From Raillietiella orientalis (taxonomy: Eukaryota): DNA of 64,000 nucleotides. Below are positions 47,411 to 60,874 of the stretch, piece after piece. The position numbers and the translations under genes are program-made. The DNA is taken from positions 558,001 to 622,000 of the forward strand of contig JAYWIR010000011.1 in assembly GCA_036172245.1 (NCBI GenBank), read 5' to 3'. Every line of letters starts with the position of its first letter. Positions within the stretch are counted from its first letter, which is position 1. A model generated the notes under the pieces. That model was not told the DNA's origin and did not search any database. It worked only from the letters and a program-made list of their open reading frames with translations.

Positions 47411-48199
47411 TGTGCTCACTTCTAGATCCATTTCACTCGTGCCTCCAGGTCGACGCCCACCTCTTCGCCTGTCCGCTCGATGGGCATGCCAGGTTCCCGG
47501 AAACAGGCCTTGACGAGCCGACAATACTCTACCTGGTTCTTCAGCGCGTGCCGGAGGGAGCGCTGGAGGGTTTCCATCATGGATGAGGCAAGATCGATCG
47601 CTTATGTAATCCGATACATAAATATGGAGCATTGTTAGAACTATTTACACGCGCAACTGCTTTCTGCTCTTCGTCAGTCAGCTGCTTGATTCTGCATCCC
47701 TCCATTGTTCTTCTCAGCTCTCGGCGCAGTCGTGTTTAGTCTACGTGTTCCAGGAAGCGAATCATTCCAGCATGTCCTGTGGAAGCTGCCGGCTCTCCTC
47801 ATATGCCAAAGAGAACCGTTCTTTAAAGAAAGACCCCTGAAAAGGTTCCATTTCGGCTCTCATTCACGAATGCGCGCCCTTTATCGAGAACAATTTCATC
47901 TCCTCAGGTCCACGGCGTCCAGCAGCTGAGTAAAAGGGCAACGGAAGCGTTCGTCCGCACTCGCAAAAACCCGGCAACCGCATCCGAAGCCGGCAACCCA
48001 GTCTCGTGGAAATTCCAAACCCGAGGCGAAGGAACAGCCGCATCCGGCACCTACTCGGTCCAGATGCAGGCTCGTTATCTCGGTCCCCGGGACCCGTGAA
48101 TGGCAAGACTGCGGGACGCGCAGCCTATCCAGGCGCCGACGGGCTCAAAGGAGCACAGGGAGAAAAGCCTGAAGATGGCGCGTTGTCGTTTCCGACCCC

Positions 48200-49100
48200 G
48201 GATCTCTTCGGCAAGTCTTCTCACGCTCGTCTCCGGTCGAAGTTCGCAAGGATCGCGGCGTTACTGACATCCCGTGCCGCCCAGTTTCTTTACCGCTAAG
48301 AGGGTTTGTCGGATGCCCCAGAGCAGCGAGTGGTTCCGAAGGCAAGTAGGTGGCTCTCGTTCCCTGATACACCTTTTGCTCCGGTGGCTGCACCTAATGA
48401 GAGCGGTGTTCCGTCATTCCGGCATTCCGTTCCGTCTTCCTTCTCCGAGGCTTCCGCGCGCCCCGAGACCTACGAACACGCGTGCCGTGTGCTCTCCATG
48501 TCCTTTTCGTTTCCTCTAGGAGGGCCGTCGATATCCATCCCGTGTTTCTTTTCCTTTCACCTCCAGGAGCTTAATGGACCGCTTTAGAAGAACACCCAAA
48601 ACGGAATTTAATTGCAGCTTTGGCTGACGACGCTCGTTTCCATGGATGTCGAGCGGGCAGCAGCTCTCCCTGATACTCCCTGGACCGATTTCCTCTCAGC
48701 ACAGACTTCCGTCGAACTGGGTTTCCGAAAAGCCTTGAACAAGACGCCTTGGGAGTTCCCTCTTTGTCCTCGTCGTTTGCTCCTCACCTATAATTGGCAC
48801 CTGAGCGTTCCAAACTCCACAATGGCACGTGGGGGAGACCCACGATTATTTCATGAACTGCGCGCGCTCCCTTTGCCTCTTCTTCGTCGGATCCTCGTGG
48901 CATCTGCTTCCGATCCGGTCGCCGGAGCTCCCCCTTCCGCTTGAAGCTTCGCTGTACCCCAAGCTTTCCGGAAAACTGGAATTCCGCAAGCGACGACGGT
49001 CCCGAGATCCCGAGTAGGCTCCACGGGAAAAGGTGCCCTCGAAGGTTCCTTGAAAGATGGACGGACGGGAAGGTCCGCGCTTCGCCCCCTCATCTCCTCC
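48200..49100 (+). mobile_element. Decayed Penelope-like RT core; boundaries approximate
   Basis: In order: FGKSSHARL..IAALL, ARPETYEHA, TLVSMDVER (~48630-48656; clear domain-3 motif), LTYNWHL..STMARG, WNSASDD (YxDD position), RRFLE. Confidence 0.62.
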
Positions 49101-51749
49101 GAGCAACTCCCGACTCCTGTCGATCCGACTTCCTGAAGAGGAGTTTGCAGTCGGGAACAGAAGGAACCTGTCGCTCCAAAAACCACGCCGAGGGGAAGGA
49201 AGGGGGGGGGGGGGAAATCTCGACGTGGGACTGACTGGGAGCTCAGCCGCGACTTGGCGCTGCCAGTTGCGCCAAGAACGTCGCCCGAGACAGCATGGCG
49301 GCTGCTCTTCCTTCTCCCTGCGTGTCGGGGAGTAGCGCGCAGCGCTCTCGTTCCTCTCCGTCCAGGCTCTCTCTTCGCATGGGTTCCAGGAACCTCCCCT
49401 TCGTCCCCCCTCTCCCTCCTTCTCCTCCTTCGGCGGAATGGAGGCGTTCCTTTCCAGCAGAGGCTGGTCGCGGTTGACCAACGCAGCCCCGAATGTCTTC
49501 ACCAAGCTGCGAAGATCAGGCGTCGCACCTCTTTTCGAGCAGTTCCCGATTTGTCTCCATCAAACGAGATCAGATCGCAAGTGTCCGTCGCCAAGCGAAC
49601 GAAGAGTTCGATTCCATCTTTCTCGTCAGTCGCTATCAATCGACCGATCTCTTCGTTATACGAAGAATCGTTGGCTTATCAGGCGTTTTTTTTTTTTTTT
49701 TTCTTTCACTGGCAGCACGAGGGCGCGCAAGACGCTGGGTGCACCCGCGCCAAGTCACCGGATCCGAACGAAGGGGGGGAGAGGGTGCTCGCCAGCGTCC
49801 CCTGCACGCCTTCCCGTCGCGCGGAGACCCAGCTCTCTGGGGGCGAAAGGAAGGGGGGAGAAGTGGCGGTCCTCCCCTCCAGCGCGCGCGCCCAGGCGCG
49901 GCGCCGGCAGCGCCGTTGGTGCTCGCCGCGTGTTCCGAGGGTGCTGACGGATCTGCCGGCGAATGCCAAGATGAAGCCGCAGACCATTTTTCCTCCCCCC
50001 TCCCCCTCCTTCCCCGTCAGGCCATGTCATCTTGCACTTTCTCCAAAAAGGCGGCCATTTTTCTCCGTCAAACCTCGCTAGGTGTGCGGATAAAAGATAA
50101 CGTGGATGAGTGAAATATTGGTACAGTTTGCTACGCGCTGCTCGCCACAAAGTAATTAAAAGTGCCGTTTATAAGCTGCCAGGAGTGACGTCACTGAGCT
50201 CGGTTAAACGATAAGCAATTGACCGTCGCGGACGGTGGATATCGATGCTCATCGTGGACGCTTTGCGCGAACCAAAGGATGGCTGCGTTCCTATTTCTAG
50301 GGGCTGATGGCTGGGCGGGTGGTGGTGGTGGGGGGGGGGGGATGTCTTTCTCGCCAGGAAAGAGCAGAGAAAGTCATGCCTCTGGTTTGGGCTTCCCTTA
50401 ACCGAGCCCGATGTGCCTGCTGTCTATTCGCTGGCCCAGCTTCTGGAGGAGGAGGGGGAACGAAGAGCATCGAAATCCACTCTTCGGAGGGCGTTTCGCT
50501 CCGAAGTATCCTTTCGTTCGCTTCGGCATCCACCTCGCTCTTTTCTGCCGTTTCTCTCTTTTTCTTGGAGCACTTCCGAGACGTGTGGCTCGCTCCAAAG
50601 GGAAAAGGACGAAGGTGCAGGGGAAGGGATCCCGGATCGGCTCTTCCTCGTTCCCAAGGCTGTTGCTGCTGCGTGGGCTGGGATGTCGGAAATTCACCGG
50701 ATCTGAAGAGGGAGGGGGAAGGGAGGAGAGGGGACGGAATTTCCGGAGGCCTCCCCGCCTCAGCCCTTACTCCAGAACATGGGGCTGGAAGTGACGCGCA
50801 AGGAAGGGGTGAAGCTTCGAGGGTTATGCCGCGCTCCGCCTCTTCCCTGTTCTCCGGGCATGCCTCGTAGGGCCACAGAGATGCAAATGGGGAAACCGGG
50901 TGCCTTCCTTCTCGCCCCTTGCTCCCGGTTGCAGCCACCCGCACCCTCGGTGTCCTCGGTGAGCCACGCTGCTCGGGATAGGGAGGTTCCGCTTTGCTTC
51001 CTTGCATCCCGCGTTGCTTAGGCAACGCCCGACGTGCCTCCGTGAGAAGGCGGTGGGAACGTTCGGCGGGAGGCATTTCGCGGCAGCAGAGGATCGCTCT
51101 GGTCGCTCGCAATCTCACCGTCCACCCTCCTGTCTATCTATTTATCGTTCCAGTCTCCCCATCCTACGCCTGCCCGCCGCGGCGGAGGTTTGTTACCCAG
51201 TCACGCCTGGACGTTTATTTTATATTAAAGAAAAAAAAAAAAAAGTAAACCAGTCGGGAACACGCTGGTTCCCAACCGACGCCAACAAAAGAAACAAAGA
51301 AGAGGGTCCACCGGCACGCAGACCAGGATAATGGACAGTCCGGAACGGGGGAGGGACAAGGGAGCAACAAAAATAAATTAAATTGGGTGAAATGGGGCAA
51401 GGGATCTTTAGATTCGCTCTACGCGCTCCGGGATGAAAAAATACCGAGAAAATCGCGGAACGAAAAGGGATAGGGAGCGAATAAATAAATAAGTAAATAG
51501 AGGCAAGGGATCAGGGTCACCAGAATCGGCCGTTCCCGACGATCCACCAGCCGGCTCTGTACGCCGGCGATCTCGTCGCCTTCGCCTCTTTTTCCAGGTG
51601 AGGCACCACCTTGCAGCCGCCCTGATGTCGGCGGCTGCCATCGTGGCTGACCTCCCTTCGCTCTGCTTGCTGGTCTCCAGCGCATGCCGGACCGTGACGA
51701 TGGCGCGGGTGCGACTCCATGGCAGCGATCACCGCGCAAGTCGAGAGGC

Positions 51750-52100
51750 TTCCCGACGCGAGGAACCGTCTCAGCACATCTCGAGCGGCGTCCCCCTGGG
51801 TGCGGGAGTGCTCCGCCACGGTTCCAGGAGGGCGCTGCGGTCCAAAAGCAGGTGAGGCCGACCCGGCCTTGTCACAGTGAGGGGAAAGCGACCCCTGCGG
51901 TGCCGCTGCTCGTCGCTCTGGAATCCCCAATGCAGGAACAGCAGCGCGTTCCTGTCTCCGACCAAGCGGGGAACACTGATGCGCTTACGCCGTTCGGCGG
52001 GACCGTAAGTGCTTCGGGAGCAACGCACAACTGTTGGCACCACTGGAGGAGTCCCGTCGCCAAAGCACGTGGGGTGGCGGCAGCATCCGCCAACTCGCGC
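51750..52100 (-). mobile_element. Decayed Penelope-like RT fragment (domains 2-3)
   Basis: PTVVRCSRSTYGPAE (RPIVSxxxSPTYxLAK-like) followed by HLLLDRSALLEP. Confidence 0.4.
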
Positions 52101-55100
52101 GCCTTCCAGTCACCAAGGAGACCCTCGTCCCTCCCGCGATGGTGCGGGGAAACTCCCGCCTCGCCGGTAGGCTACTGTCTTCCCGTGCTCTGCGGGTGGA
52201 CAGCGCCGCGGCAAGGGTGTGGTGGCCAGGGTCAACTACTTCGCTGCGTCCTGCTTCACCACTTCCAACGGTCGCGGTAGCAGATGCCGAAGGGGGGAAG
52301 GGGGAAGATCTTCAGGGCGGTGGCTGAGGTCGCCTGCATTCCGAGACTCTCAGCGTTCAGCCGCCCTTCACCGAGAAGGGATCTCCTCGCCTGAGTAGAC
52401 CGAGTAGGACGAGTGGGAGACCCCGCGTGGGGTGTGGGTGGTGGTGAGGGCCTTCCGCTGGGTTCATCCAGCTGCCGACCCTTCAGCCAATGAGAACGCG
52501 TGGTCCCCGTCTCAGCTCGTAAAGGGAAGGGGAGGGGGGAGGAGAAAGAACAGGACGGGGGGGGGGGGGAAAAGAAAGAAACGAGGTGGAATTCGCTCCA
52601 TTGCTAAGAAGAGGAAAGGGCTTCGTGGGCGTTGCCATGTGAACACCTTGATGCTGGGCGGCACGTTTGAACCAGGCGGAGGTTTCCCGCCGAGCCAGAG
52701 AGAGGAAGGAAGGCGGCGGAGAAGGCGGGGGAGGGGGTGAGTTTCCATCTCAAGGGTACCGCATCATCAGCTGTACCTTCCGGCGCCCTCATGTTGCTGC
52801 CGCTGCTCCCGAAGAGGTCGGAAACGTCGGTCTTCCAGAGATCGGAAATTCCTTGCGGGGATGACTGGAGTCAAAGGCAAAAGGGATGCGCGAAAACGAT
52901 CGACCGGCGGCGCCACGGCCGACCCCTGAAGGGGTCGGCCGCAGCGGAAGCGATTCGGGCCTGCGGCGATTCGGGGAGCCCGACCACCGGTGGACGGAGC
53001 GAAGAGGAGGGTGGGAAAGGGCGCCTTCGCGGACGGGTCGCAGCAGCAGGGATGGAGCTCGCGAGGGGACGTAGCGGAGCAAGTAAACCGGAGGCCGAAC
53101 CAATGGAGTGGATCCGCGCGCGCGTGCCACGAAGTGGAGCGAGTTCGCGGTAAGGGGCAGTATCCGCGTGGCGTGGTCGGCGGGGCGACCCACAGAACAC
53201 GGCGGAGGCTCGCGGACATCTTCGGGCCGCAGAGAAGCGCGCGCAGAGAAGGAAACTCTCGTCGCTTCTCCCCTCCCCCTCCGCGTCGCTCCTACTGTGG
53301 ATGCGGCTTGCGGGTGAGACCCCCATCCTAAGAGGGGGCCGATCTGGCCGCGTGCTCCCAGCTGCCAAGCTCGCGGGCTCGAAGGGGGAAGAAGAGGGCG
53401 GAGCGCGGGCCTCCCGAAGGAACGAGGAGGTGCGGAGGGTGGACCCAATTCGCGTTCCCGTCTCGACGCATTCCCGCTCCCCCATCCCTCCTCTTCCCCC
53501 GAAAGCGATAGGGGTCGTTCGGCACGGCCCTTTGCTCTGCGTTCTTGTCATCGGGAGCTTTTCGAGAGAGGAAGGATGGGGTGGAAACGAAGGCACCCGG
53601 AGGTTTCTGGTTCACCCTTGCTCAACGTTCGGACGGGATGGTAAGGCCCCTCCTTCCCTATCTCTTCTCCGGCCCAGCTTCCAGCCTCTTCGCAGCTCAA
53701 GGAACGCCATCTCCAATCGCTGTCGTCGCCATCGCCAATGCTGCCGCCGCCGCCGCCGCCGTCTTCTCAAGGTGAGGTCATCTCACCTCGGCGCCGTCTG
53801 CGGGCCGCCGAATCCTCAGCGACATTGATATGTCTTTCCGCGTTCTTCCCTCCCCCCCCCTCCCCCTTCCTTTCGGACTCCGAGTATGGGAGGATTTTCA
53901 GTGGCCGCGCGGCTCGGACTGGTGGATCTCCAAGGGTAACTTTTCTCCGAGTGCGGGCGCGCGCGGCCCGCAGCTGCAGCGGATTCAGAGGAAGAAGAGA
54001 GACCTTGAAGCCTCCACTGGCGTTCGGAAGCGCTCCCTCTGTCAACTGGCGCGCGCGCAAATGAATAAGCAAATAGAAGAGGAGGAGGAAGAAGGGATCC
54101 GGGTCCATGGTCTTCCCGGGTCGCCTTCCGAAGGACCTCTTGACTCCCCGATGACGCCCTCTCAGCCTCTGGAGTAGCGTCTCTGTGGGCGGAAAAAGGA
54201 TGTTCGACGGCGGGCCTCGAGCGCGTGCTCACGGGAGAAGGGGGGAGGTCTCGCTGCTCTCTCCCACTCCTCCCCTCCCCAACCCTTGTTCCTGTTCCTG
54301 CTTCTCCTCCTCCTGAGCCATCCTCCACTTCCCCAAAGCACGCGTGCCCTTCCTGCCGAGGGGAAATTCTGGGGAAGACGGGCTCGCCGCGCGCTCTCGG
54401 CAAGGCGGTGAGGGTCCTTCCCGTCCGTTTCCTGGCCATGGATACCACCCGGGTACGCAGGGGCGTTTATTGAAATGGAGGGGGAGGGGTCCGGGACCGG
54501 ACGCCAATTGGAACCGAGAGATGCCCTGAGTATTCCTCTCCTTCGTTTCCATCCGGGGCCACGGGAATGGCCGCCGCCTAGAATGATCCGTCCTGTTCGA
54601 TCGGACGTCATCTTGGCCGTCTGAGGTCTCCCGCCTGCCTTGCTCTTCCCCCTTGGCCACCTCACTCCGGTTTTTCAGGATGCTTGCCCATCTACGATGT
54701 TGGACGCTGCCCCGGGGCTCTCATGCGGTGGAGTGGATGCCACAGCTCCTCCAGATCGCCGCGAGAAGGCACCCTCGTGTCGGGGGTCAGTCGCCTGCCG
54801 TTGGAAGGAGGGAAGGGAGGTTTGGATCGACTTCTTCCGGACTGTTCAGGTACCTCCTTTCCCATCCCCCCTTCCTCTTTCTCGGCGATCCCGCGCGCCG
54901 CCGCCGTCTCATGAGCCGTCTGCCGGCCGTTGCCAGGTGCGGCCGTAACCGAAGCCGCGGGTGTTTTGCGGGGGTGTCAGCCCCAGGCCGCCGCGACGAC
55001 CTCTCTGGACGAGCGTTCCGGATTGATGCACGCGCCCGCGAAGGGAAGAAGGGGTGAAGAGCAGGGGGGTCGCTGCCGGGTTTTGACTTCGGGAGGAGGG

Positions 55101-56899
55101 CAGAGTCTTCCCTCGTGCTGCGGTCCCACGCGGCGTTCCCGACTCGTTCCGGCAACATTCGCAAGGGGCGCTCTCCTCGCCAGCGGAGGTAGCGACGAAG
55201 CGTTTCTCCCGCGGGACGATCCCTCTGGCTCTGCGAGACGCCGCCGTTTCCTAGAGATGAGCCTCACCGTAGCGCTCTTTCTCGGGCGATGATGAAACGA
55301 GGCAGAGGACAGGTCAGGGCAGCCCCATCAGTCAATTCGTAAGTGTTTAAAGGCCAGCTGTTTCCGGCGCACGGGGGGGAAAGGGCCCGCTGCTGGAGGT
55401 GCGAACGCTCCCGGCAAGGGTAGGGCGTCCTCGTCTCCGGTGACGTCATCGTCCGAGCGATGCTGCCGCCTCGAGCAGGGCTGGCGAGAGCTCCTTCTCC
55501 TCCGGGAAAGGAGGGGACAGGAGCAGGAGGGAGAAACGAGGGAAGAAGGGGGAAGGGCGTGGAGGTTCCATGACGTGGCGCTAGCGCACGCGTCTCCACG
55601 ACCAGCACGCGCGCACGTCTCTTTCTTCCCCTCCTTCGCTGGTGCGCCATCTCCCTAGCGGCCTCCCGCACCTCGCCACCTTCCGTCGCCTAATGAAACA
55701 CGCGGTGGTGGTGAAGAACACTCAGGGATCTCGGCTTGGGGAGGAGGCTCGTGGGTTTCTTGTGCCTGAGCACGCGACTCGGACGAACCGAGGGGAAGGA
55801 AAACCCCCGAGAAGAGGAAGAGGCTGCGCAAAGATCGTCCTTCTTTCTTGCAGCAGCCGCGAGGGCCTTCTTGATCCTCCCGGGAAGAGATGAGCGGGCG
55901 GTGCGCCTGATGAGGACGTGGGGAGAGAAGGTGGTCGAGGCTTCCCCGCTTCCTGGATCTGGATCGTTTCTAAGAACCTGGGCCCGGGTCTCAGAGAACG
56001 AGGGCCGAGAGGTCAGCGTGGCAACGGGGAGACGCTCGGTTTCTCGAGGGAGAAGAGGGAAAGGAGGGGGGGGGGGGAAGTGGAAGGGCAGGGTGGCGCG
56101 TGAGGCGCTGCGTCGCGGCCCCGTCCCGAGGCCGCGCGTCGGCGGATGCCGGGGTCGGGGAATGCGAAGAATGCGGAGGAGAAGGTGAAAGCGGGCGGCG
56201 GTCAGCCAGGCCGCAGATGCTTCCCCTCCGTCCTCCCTTTCCCCCCTCCTTCTCCTCTCCCCTTGCCCCTTCCTCCTCCTCTCCCTTGCATTCCTCCCCC
56301 CTCCCTCTGCTCTCTCCTCCTTCCTTCCCTTTCCCGGTGGTGGCGTCCACTCGGCAGCGGCACAGAGGGCGACAGCAGCAACAGCCTGCTGCGAGACCTT
56401 GCCCACAGCGCCCCGCCGCTCTCTCTCGTGTCTCCGCCGGCCTGCCGCCGCGCGCCTATTCGCCCTTCCTCCCTCCTTCCTTCCTCTCTACCTCTGAGGT
56501 CACGGAAAGGAAGGCGTGGAAGGGAAGAAGCAGCGGCAGCTGACCAGCGTGGCGGCGCCCTTCCTCTCTCTTCATCGTCATCCTTTTCTCACTTTCTCCC
56601 TTCCCTATTGTGCGCCGACGGGAAAGAGGAAGGCGGAAGGAAAAAGGGGGTTGGGGTAGTATGGGGGGCTGTGGAACTCTGGAGCAGCGAGACAGGGAAA
56701 CAAGGAAGGGAGAGCGAGAGTGGAAGAGCAGGAAGAAGAGGAGGAGAAGGAGCGAGGGAAGCAGAAGAGAATTTGGCTAACCTCACGGGCACATCCGGGA
56801 GACAGCCGCTGGGGAAGGCAGGAACCGCGCAGGAGGAGAATCGAATCTTTTGAGATGTCGGGGAGTCGTTTCCATGGAGCGTCACGATCCCTGTGAGGG

Positions 56900-57600
56900 C
56901 GCACCTGGTGGACGCCGTTGCATTTTGACCAAGGTAATCGGGTGGATCAGCGAATGGCGGAGTGGTCTACTTCGATAGGTCTTTACGAGAGTCTGTGCGT
57001 CTGGCGGCTCCGGATGGTACTGCGCGCGCATCCGGGGCATCTTTGCGCCATCGCTCGCGGTGTGATGGTCGCCACTACCACCACCGCCGCCTTCCTCCAC
57101 CTTTCTGACCTTGGCTTCGTCCCGTAGAAGAAGATTCTCGGCACAGGGTTACAGGGGGCGGGTCGACGCGCCGCGGGAGAGCATCCATTCCGGTCGCGTA
57201 TGAACGGGAGAGGCCGGGGTGCCAGAGACGGCGGTGGACCACTTCTTGGATGGCCACTGGCTCTGGCCGTAGATGGGTCTCCCAGCTCGGCGGCGACAAT
57301 CCACCTAATTCGGGTTCGCGGGCTGGAATCGCCTCCAGGGCATGACATTTGTCGACCCGCCGGGACACTGGCTAAGCCACACGGAAGCGGAGGGCGTGAA
57401 TCCCCTGCGGCTTTCTCGCGCGGCTGCTCCTTGGATGAACCCGAGAATCGGGAGACGATGAATGGCTCCATCCTGGAGTTCCTCCCGCACTTCCCGACGT
57501 ACCAACCTGCCTGCCGAATTCTTCGAGGGTCCGTCCGCCCTTCCCTCAATGCCGGGACAGGAGCCCGCGCTCCCTGTCCAGGCACTCCGCTGCGCGGTCA
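56900..57600 (-). mobile_element. Possible decayed Penelope-like RT
   Basis: GGSTNVMP, PIYGQSQ/VAIQ and TLVKTYRSRP occur in RT order; weak match. Confidence 0.33.
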
Positions 57601-58549
57601 CCCAGCAAGGCAGCCCAGAGTCGGTGCGTTCCTCCGATGGGCACCGAGGCGCCCCCCAGAGTGCTGTGCGTGCGCGCTCGCCGCGCACCCCCGGACTGTG
57701 GCTGTCGAGGACTCCGCCTCGTTCCGACGCTCCTGGGCGGCTGTGGCACGCGACTCTGCACGTGGCAGCTCTCTCCGGAGGGAGGACCGGTGGTCAGTTG
57801 AGGATCAGGCGTAGCTTCGGGGGCGCCGATGGCACCGGCGGATCTTCAGCAAGCCATTCATTGGACGGCTGAGGATGACCCGATATAAACCAACCATAGC
57901 AACGTAGTGCCCTCGTTCACGACTGTGTGGGTAGTCTCCCGCGCCGTCCCGAAGGATCAACCGGGTTCCTCTCCGACTCCTGGATCGACTTCTCAGTAGC
58001 AGGCGAAGGATGTTACAGCCCGGCACACTCACGCGCTGTTCCAGGGTGAAACACGTAAACCCCTTTTTGTAAACCCACTCCCCACCCCTGTTTTTTTGCG
58101 CAGACCTTTCCAGGTTCCGGGGGCTTACAAAAGTCTGCTGTTCCTCGCCCGGACGGGCAAGGGAAGCTGCGACGGAGGCGACTCCAGCGTACAACGAGCG
58201 TCGGTCTGTGGTCCTTGCTGGACAGGGAGCGAAATTTACCCGGAAGACCTAGCGATTCCCAGGTGGTTTCCACGGACACAACCCCGCGCATTCCCCCTGA
58301 AACGGCAGCACTCTGCGATACTGCTGTTGTCGCAACGGGGGCTTTCCTATGCAACTCCCGTCGGCGCCACCATACGAGAGTGACCGTGTCGCTCCAAGTG
58401 CCTGTATTTGTGTGTGTGTGTGTCAGCGGATGGTGACGCCCTGCGGCGGGGACGAGGAACGCTCTACTACGGCCCTCTCCACCCCTCCCCCAGTGGAATA
58501 AACTCAGGGACGCATTAAAGCTCCTCTTCGTTCGGGGCTCAAGGTCTCT

Positions 58550-59150
58550 CCGCCAAGGAAATCGCAGCCTTTCTGCTGCCTCCGCGGCACATCAGTGATG
58601 CCGTCCTTTTCCCGATGAAGACCACGACACGACCCCAGCTGGCATGTAGAGCACTGGGTGTCCTCCATGCTGAAGAGTGTCAAAGTTGGGACCATCTCGT
58701 TTGAGCATGCAGCTTGCCAGCATCCTGCAGAGGTTTCAGATCCTAGGCGGATTACTGGTGGCATCCTCTCTTGTTCACCCACGCATAGGCAATCGTTTTT
58801 TGTTTTGGTTTTCATTTCTTTCGTTCTCAATCTTCTCTGTCCTTGGGCCACACCGGCCAGTTACACCGGAACTTTTGGGACCTCGATGGGACTCGGGGGT
58901 GGTCCTACTTCTCAATATTTCCATTCTCTGTATTTGTTGCTGCTCGGTTTCGCGATAAAACATCCCGGTCTAACTTCCAAACCATCATCAATGGACTTCC
59001 GGATCATTCGCTTAAGATAAGCACAGAGATACAGCAGCTGGAGATGGAGCGCGGCGCCTGCCGGCCCGAAACGAAAAGGGAATACTTACCTACCCAGGAT
59101 GAGAATCCTTGTGCGTTTCCTGCGCAAAGCTCTGCTCTTGAGGGTACGTA
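58550..59150 (-). mobile_element. Decayed Penelope-like 3' part (thumb, linker, EN)
   Basis: In order: GFSSWVGK, KRMIRKSIDD, CLCVGEQ (LPYVGE-like), TQCSTCQLGSCRG (Cys pair and G of GIY-YIG). Confidence 0.4.
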
Positions 59151-59574
59151 CGCGAGAGCAGGGGACTCGCATAAGGAGTTCTTCCTACACACAACGGACG
59201 GTGGGATGCTGGTGGTCTCCGCGCTCGGATCCTGGCAGAGCAGTTTTTTTTTTTTTTGCTTGCTTTCTTCTTCGGAAAGTTTGGGGTACATTCATGCGAC
59301 AAGAACCCTTTTTTTTTTTTATTGCTCCGATCTTGCGCCCATCTTCTCCGCCCGTTTATTTCAGAATTCTTCTCATAGCCTCCCTCACGCGTTCTGACGA
59401 TCGGACGTGCCAGGGGGTGAGTCGTAGATCGGACGCGTTCGATCAAGAACCCGTCCTTGACCTCACGGCAGGCTGCTGCTGCTGTCCTCTGTGTCGTCGC
59501 TACCGAGGGAAGGGGGAAGAGAAGGGGAGGGGAGGGGTCAAAGGTACAAAGGAGAGGAGGAAGGGGAAGGGATG

Positions 59575-60700
59575 GGCAGTGAGTTTGGAACCCAGTACCT
59601 TGAGGCAAGAGTCGGGTGGGTTTCCGCTCACCAGGCTACGTTCACTTTAAGGCAACTGCTCATGATCTTGAGGTATGAAAGTCGCCTTACCTCTTATGCG
59701 CCGGGTACAGCTCGCTACAGAGAGAGCCTTTTTCGTTGAAGATCCGGTCCAGCTTCCCGATCTAGCAAGTTCCTGGCCCAGATTTTCGGGTTGTGCCGAG
59801 CGCTGGGACGCATCGGTGAACGACGCCCTTCTGCTCTTCGCTGTGCTTCGCGACGTCCACAGGCGCCACTTCAAGCTCCCCTTCGTGCGGGCCGCGTCCA
59901 GCTCCAGGTACGTGGGACCGTCCACTGCCACTCCCCCGGCTCACCTCAGATTCGAATTTCTGATGTGGTATCCTGCGATCGAAGAAGCCAATGGTAGAGG
60001 GGCGCCGCCCTGCTCGTGCGCCCATCGCAACTTTGCCCTCCATCAAGCCTGCCTGCAACCCTCCCCTTCCCCAGCTGCCTTCGGAATCCGGGATGCTGGC
60101 CGGGAGCGCGCGCGGGGGCCACGTCACTGCTGCTGGATAGCGCGAGATCGGCGCTGCCGCATCGCACGATTGGGTCCTGCAGCGGTCCTCCATCTGGAAG
60201 GGCGACCTCGGGACCAGTGGCGGCGGAGGTGCTACAGAAGGCCGTATGCGGGTAATCCGGGAGGCGGACAAGGCTGTCAAGATCCGGGGATGCTGCTGGA
60301 AGCGATCTGTTCCCGCCCGCCGAATAGGGTAGATATGGCCACCCAGGCCTAGCTATCCTTCGGATAGGTGGATAGCCATCTATCCGAAGGACGCTCATTC
60401 GGGATAGGCGGTCCGGCGTTAGCGGACCGAGGCGAAAGCGTGGAGGGCTTCCGTATCCATAGTTCCCCGTTTCTGAGAATCCTAAAGGAAGGGCACCCAG
60501 GAGCAGGAGGCAGACGCGTCCACCCTTCTTCACGAGGAAAGGAGGTGAGGGCACTCCCATCAGTGTTCCCGTGGCTCAGGCCTCATCCCAACATCGCGTG
60601 CGCAAGGCGCAGGAGAAGAGATCCAGAGAGTGAGGGACGCTGGCTCCGCCGTGCCGAATGCCCACGTAGCTTTCCTCGTGCTCCAGCCAGCCGAAGAGTT
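59575..60700 (-). mobile_element. Decayed Penelope-like RT, N-terminal region to linker; boundaries approximate
   Basis: In order: HEESYVGIRHGGASV, SPPRFRLGP, SPDLDSL, FQMEDRCRTQ..APIS, IPHQKFESEV, TYLELDAARTKGSL, HSEEQKGVV, PENLGQEL/KLDRIFNEKG, KVNVAW*..PTL. Confidence 0.65.
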
Positions 60701-60874
60701 CCTGACCATGGCCACACGCCCGCGTCGGTGGGCCACGTGGCTGTGGTCCCCAAGCGTCGCGGTTTCGAATCCCGCCTGGGGCGGAATAGCAGCGACGCCG
60801 AGAACGAAGGGTGCGTCCTGAGTTTTATGCCCTCCTTCCTCCCCCCCTCTTCCTCGCGGGATGACTAGTTAGCC

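Larger units (their letters stand above)
44700..47800 (-). mobile_element. Near full-length decayed Penelope-like element, interrupted by a nested insertion and a local duplication; boundaries approximate
   Basis: In order: KQLTDEEQKAVARV (~47690-47646; NLTxEExxAL-like), VSDYISDRSCLIHD, LLHK..GTLGSTTCNEPAK, QSFATHVP (~46329-46306), NFFVC..QTGDVGLGMES, HVVGQ*GVVER (~45924-45892), [insertion], QFEYP, WITLEPGILRSIRSCIL, PVY../VFLG/EGEVRN (EN-like). Confidence 0.68.

Noticed and set aside
60725..60790. tRNA/SINE-like GGTTTCGAATCCCGCC
   Set aside because: No acceptor, D or anticodon stems could be formed, and there is no second copy in the window.
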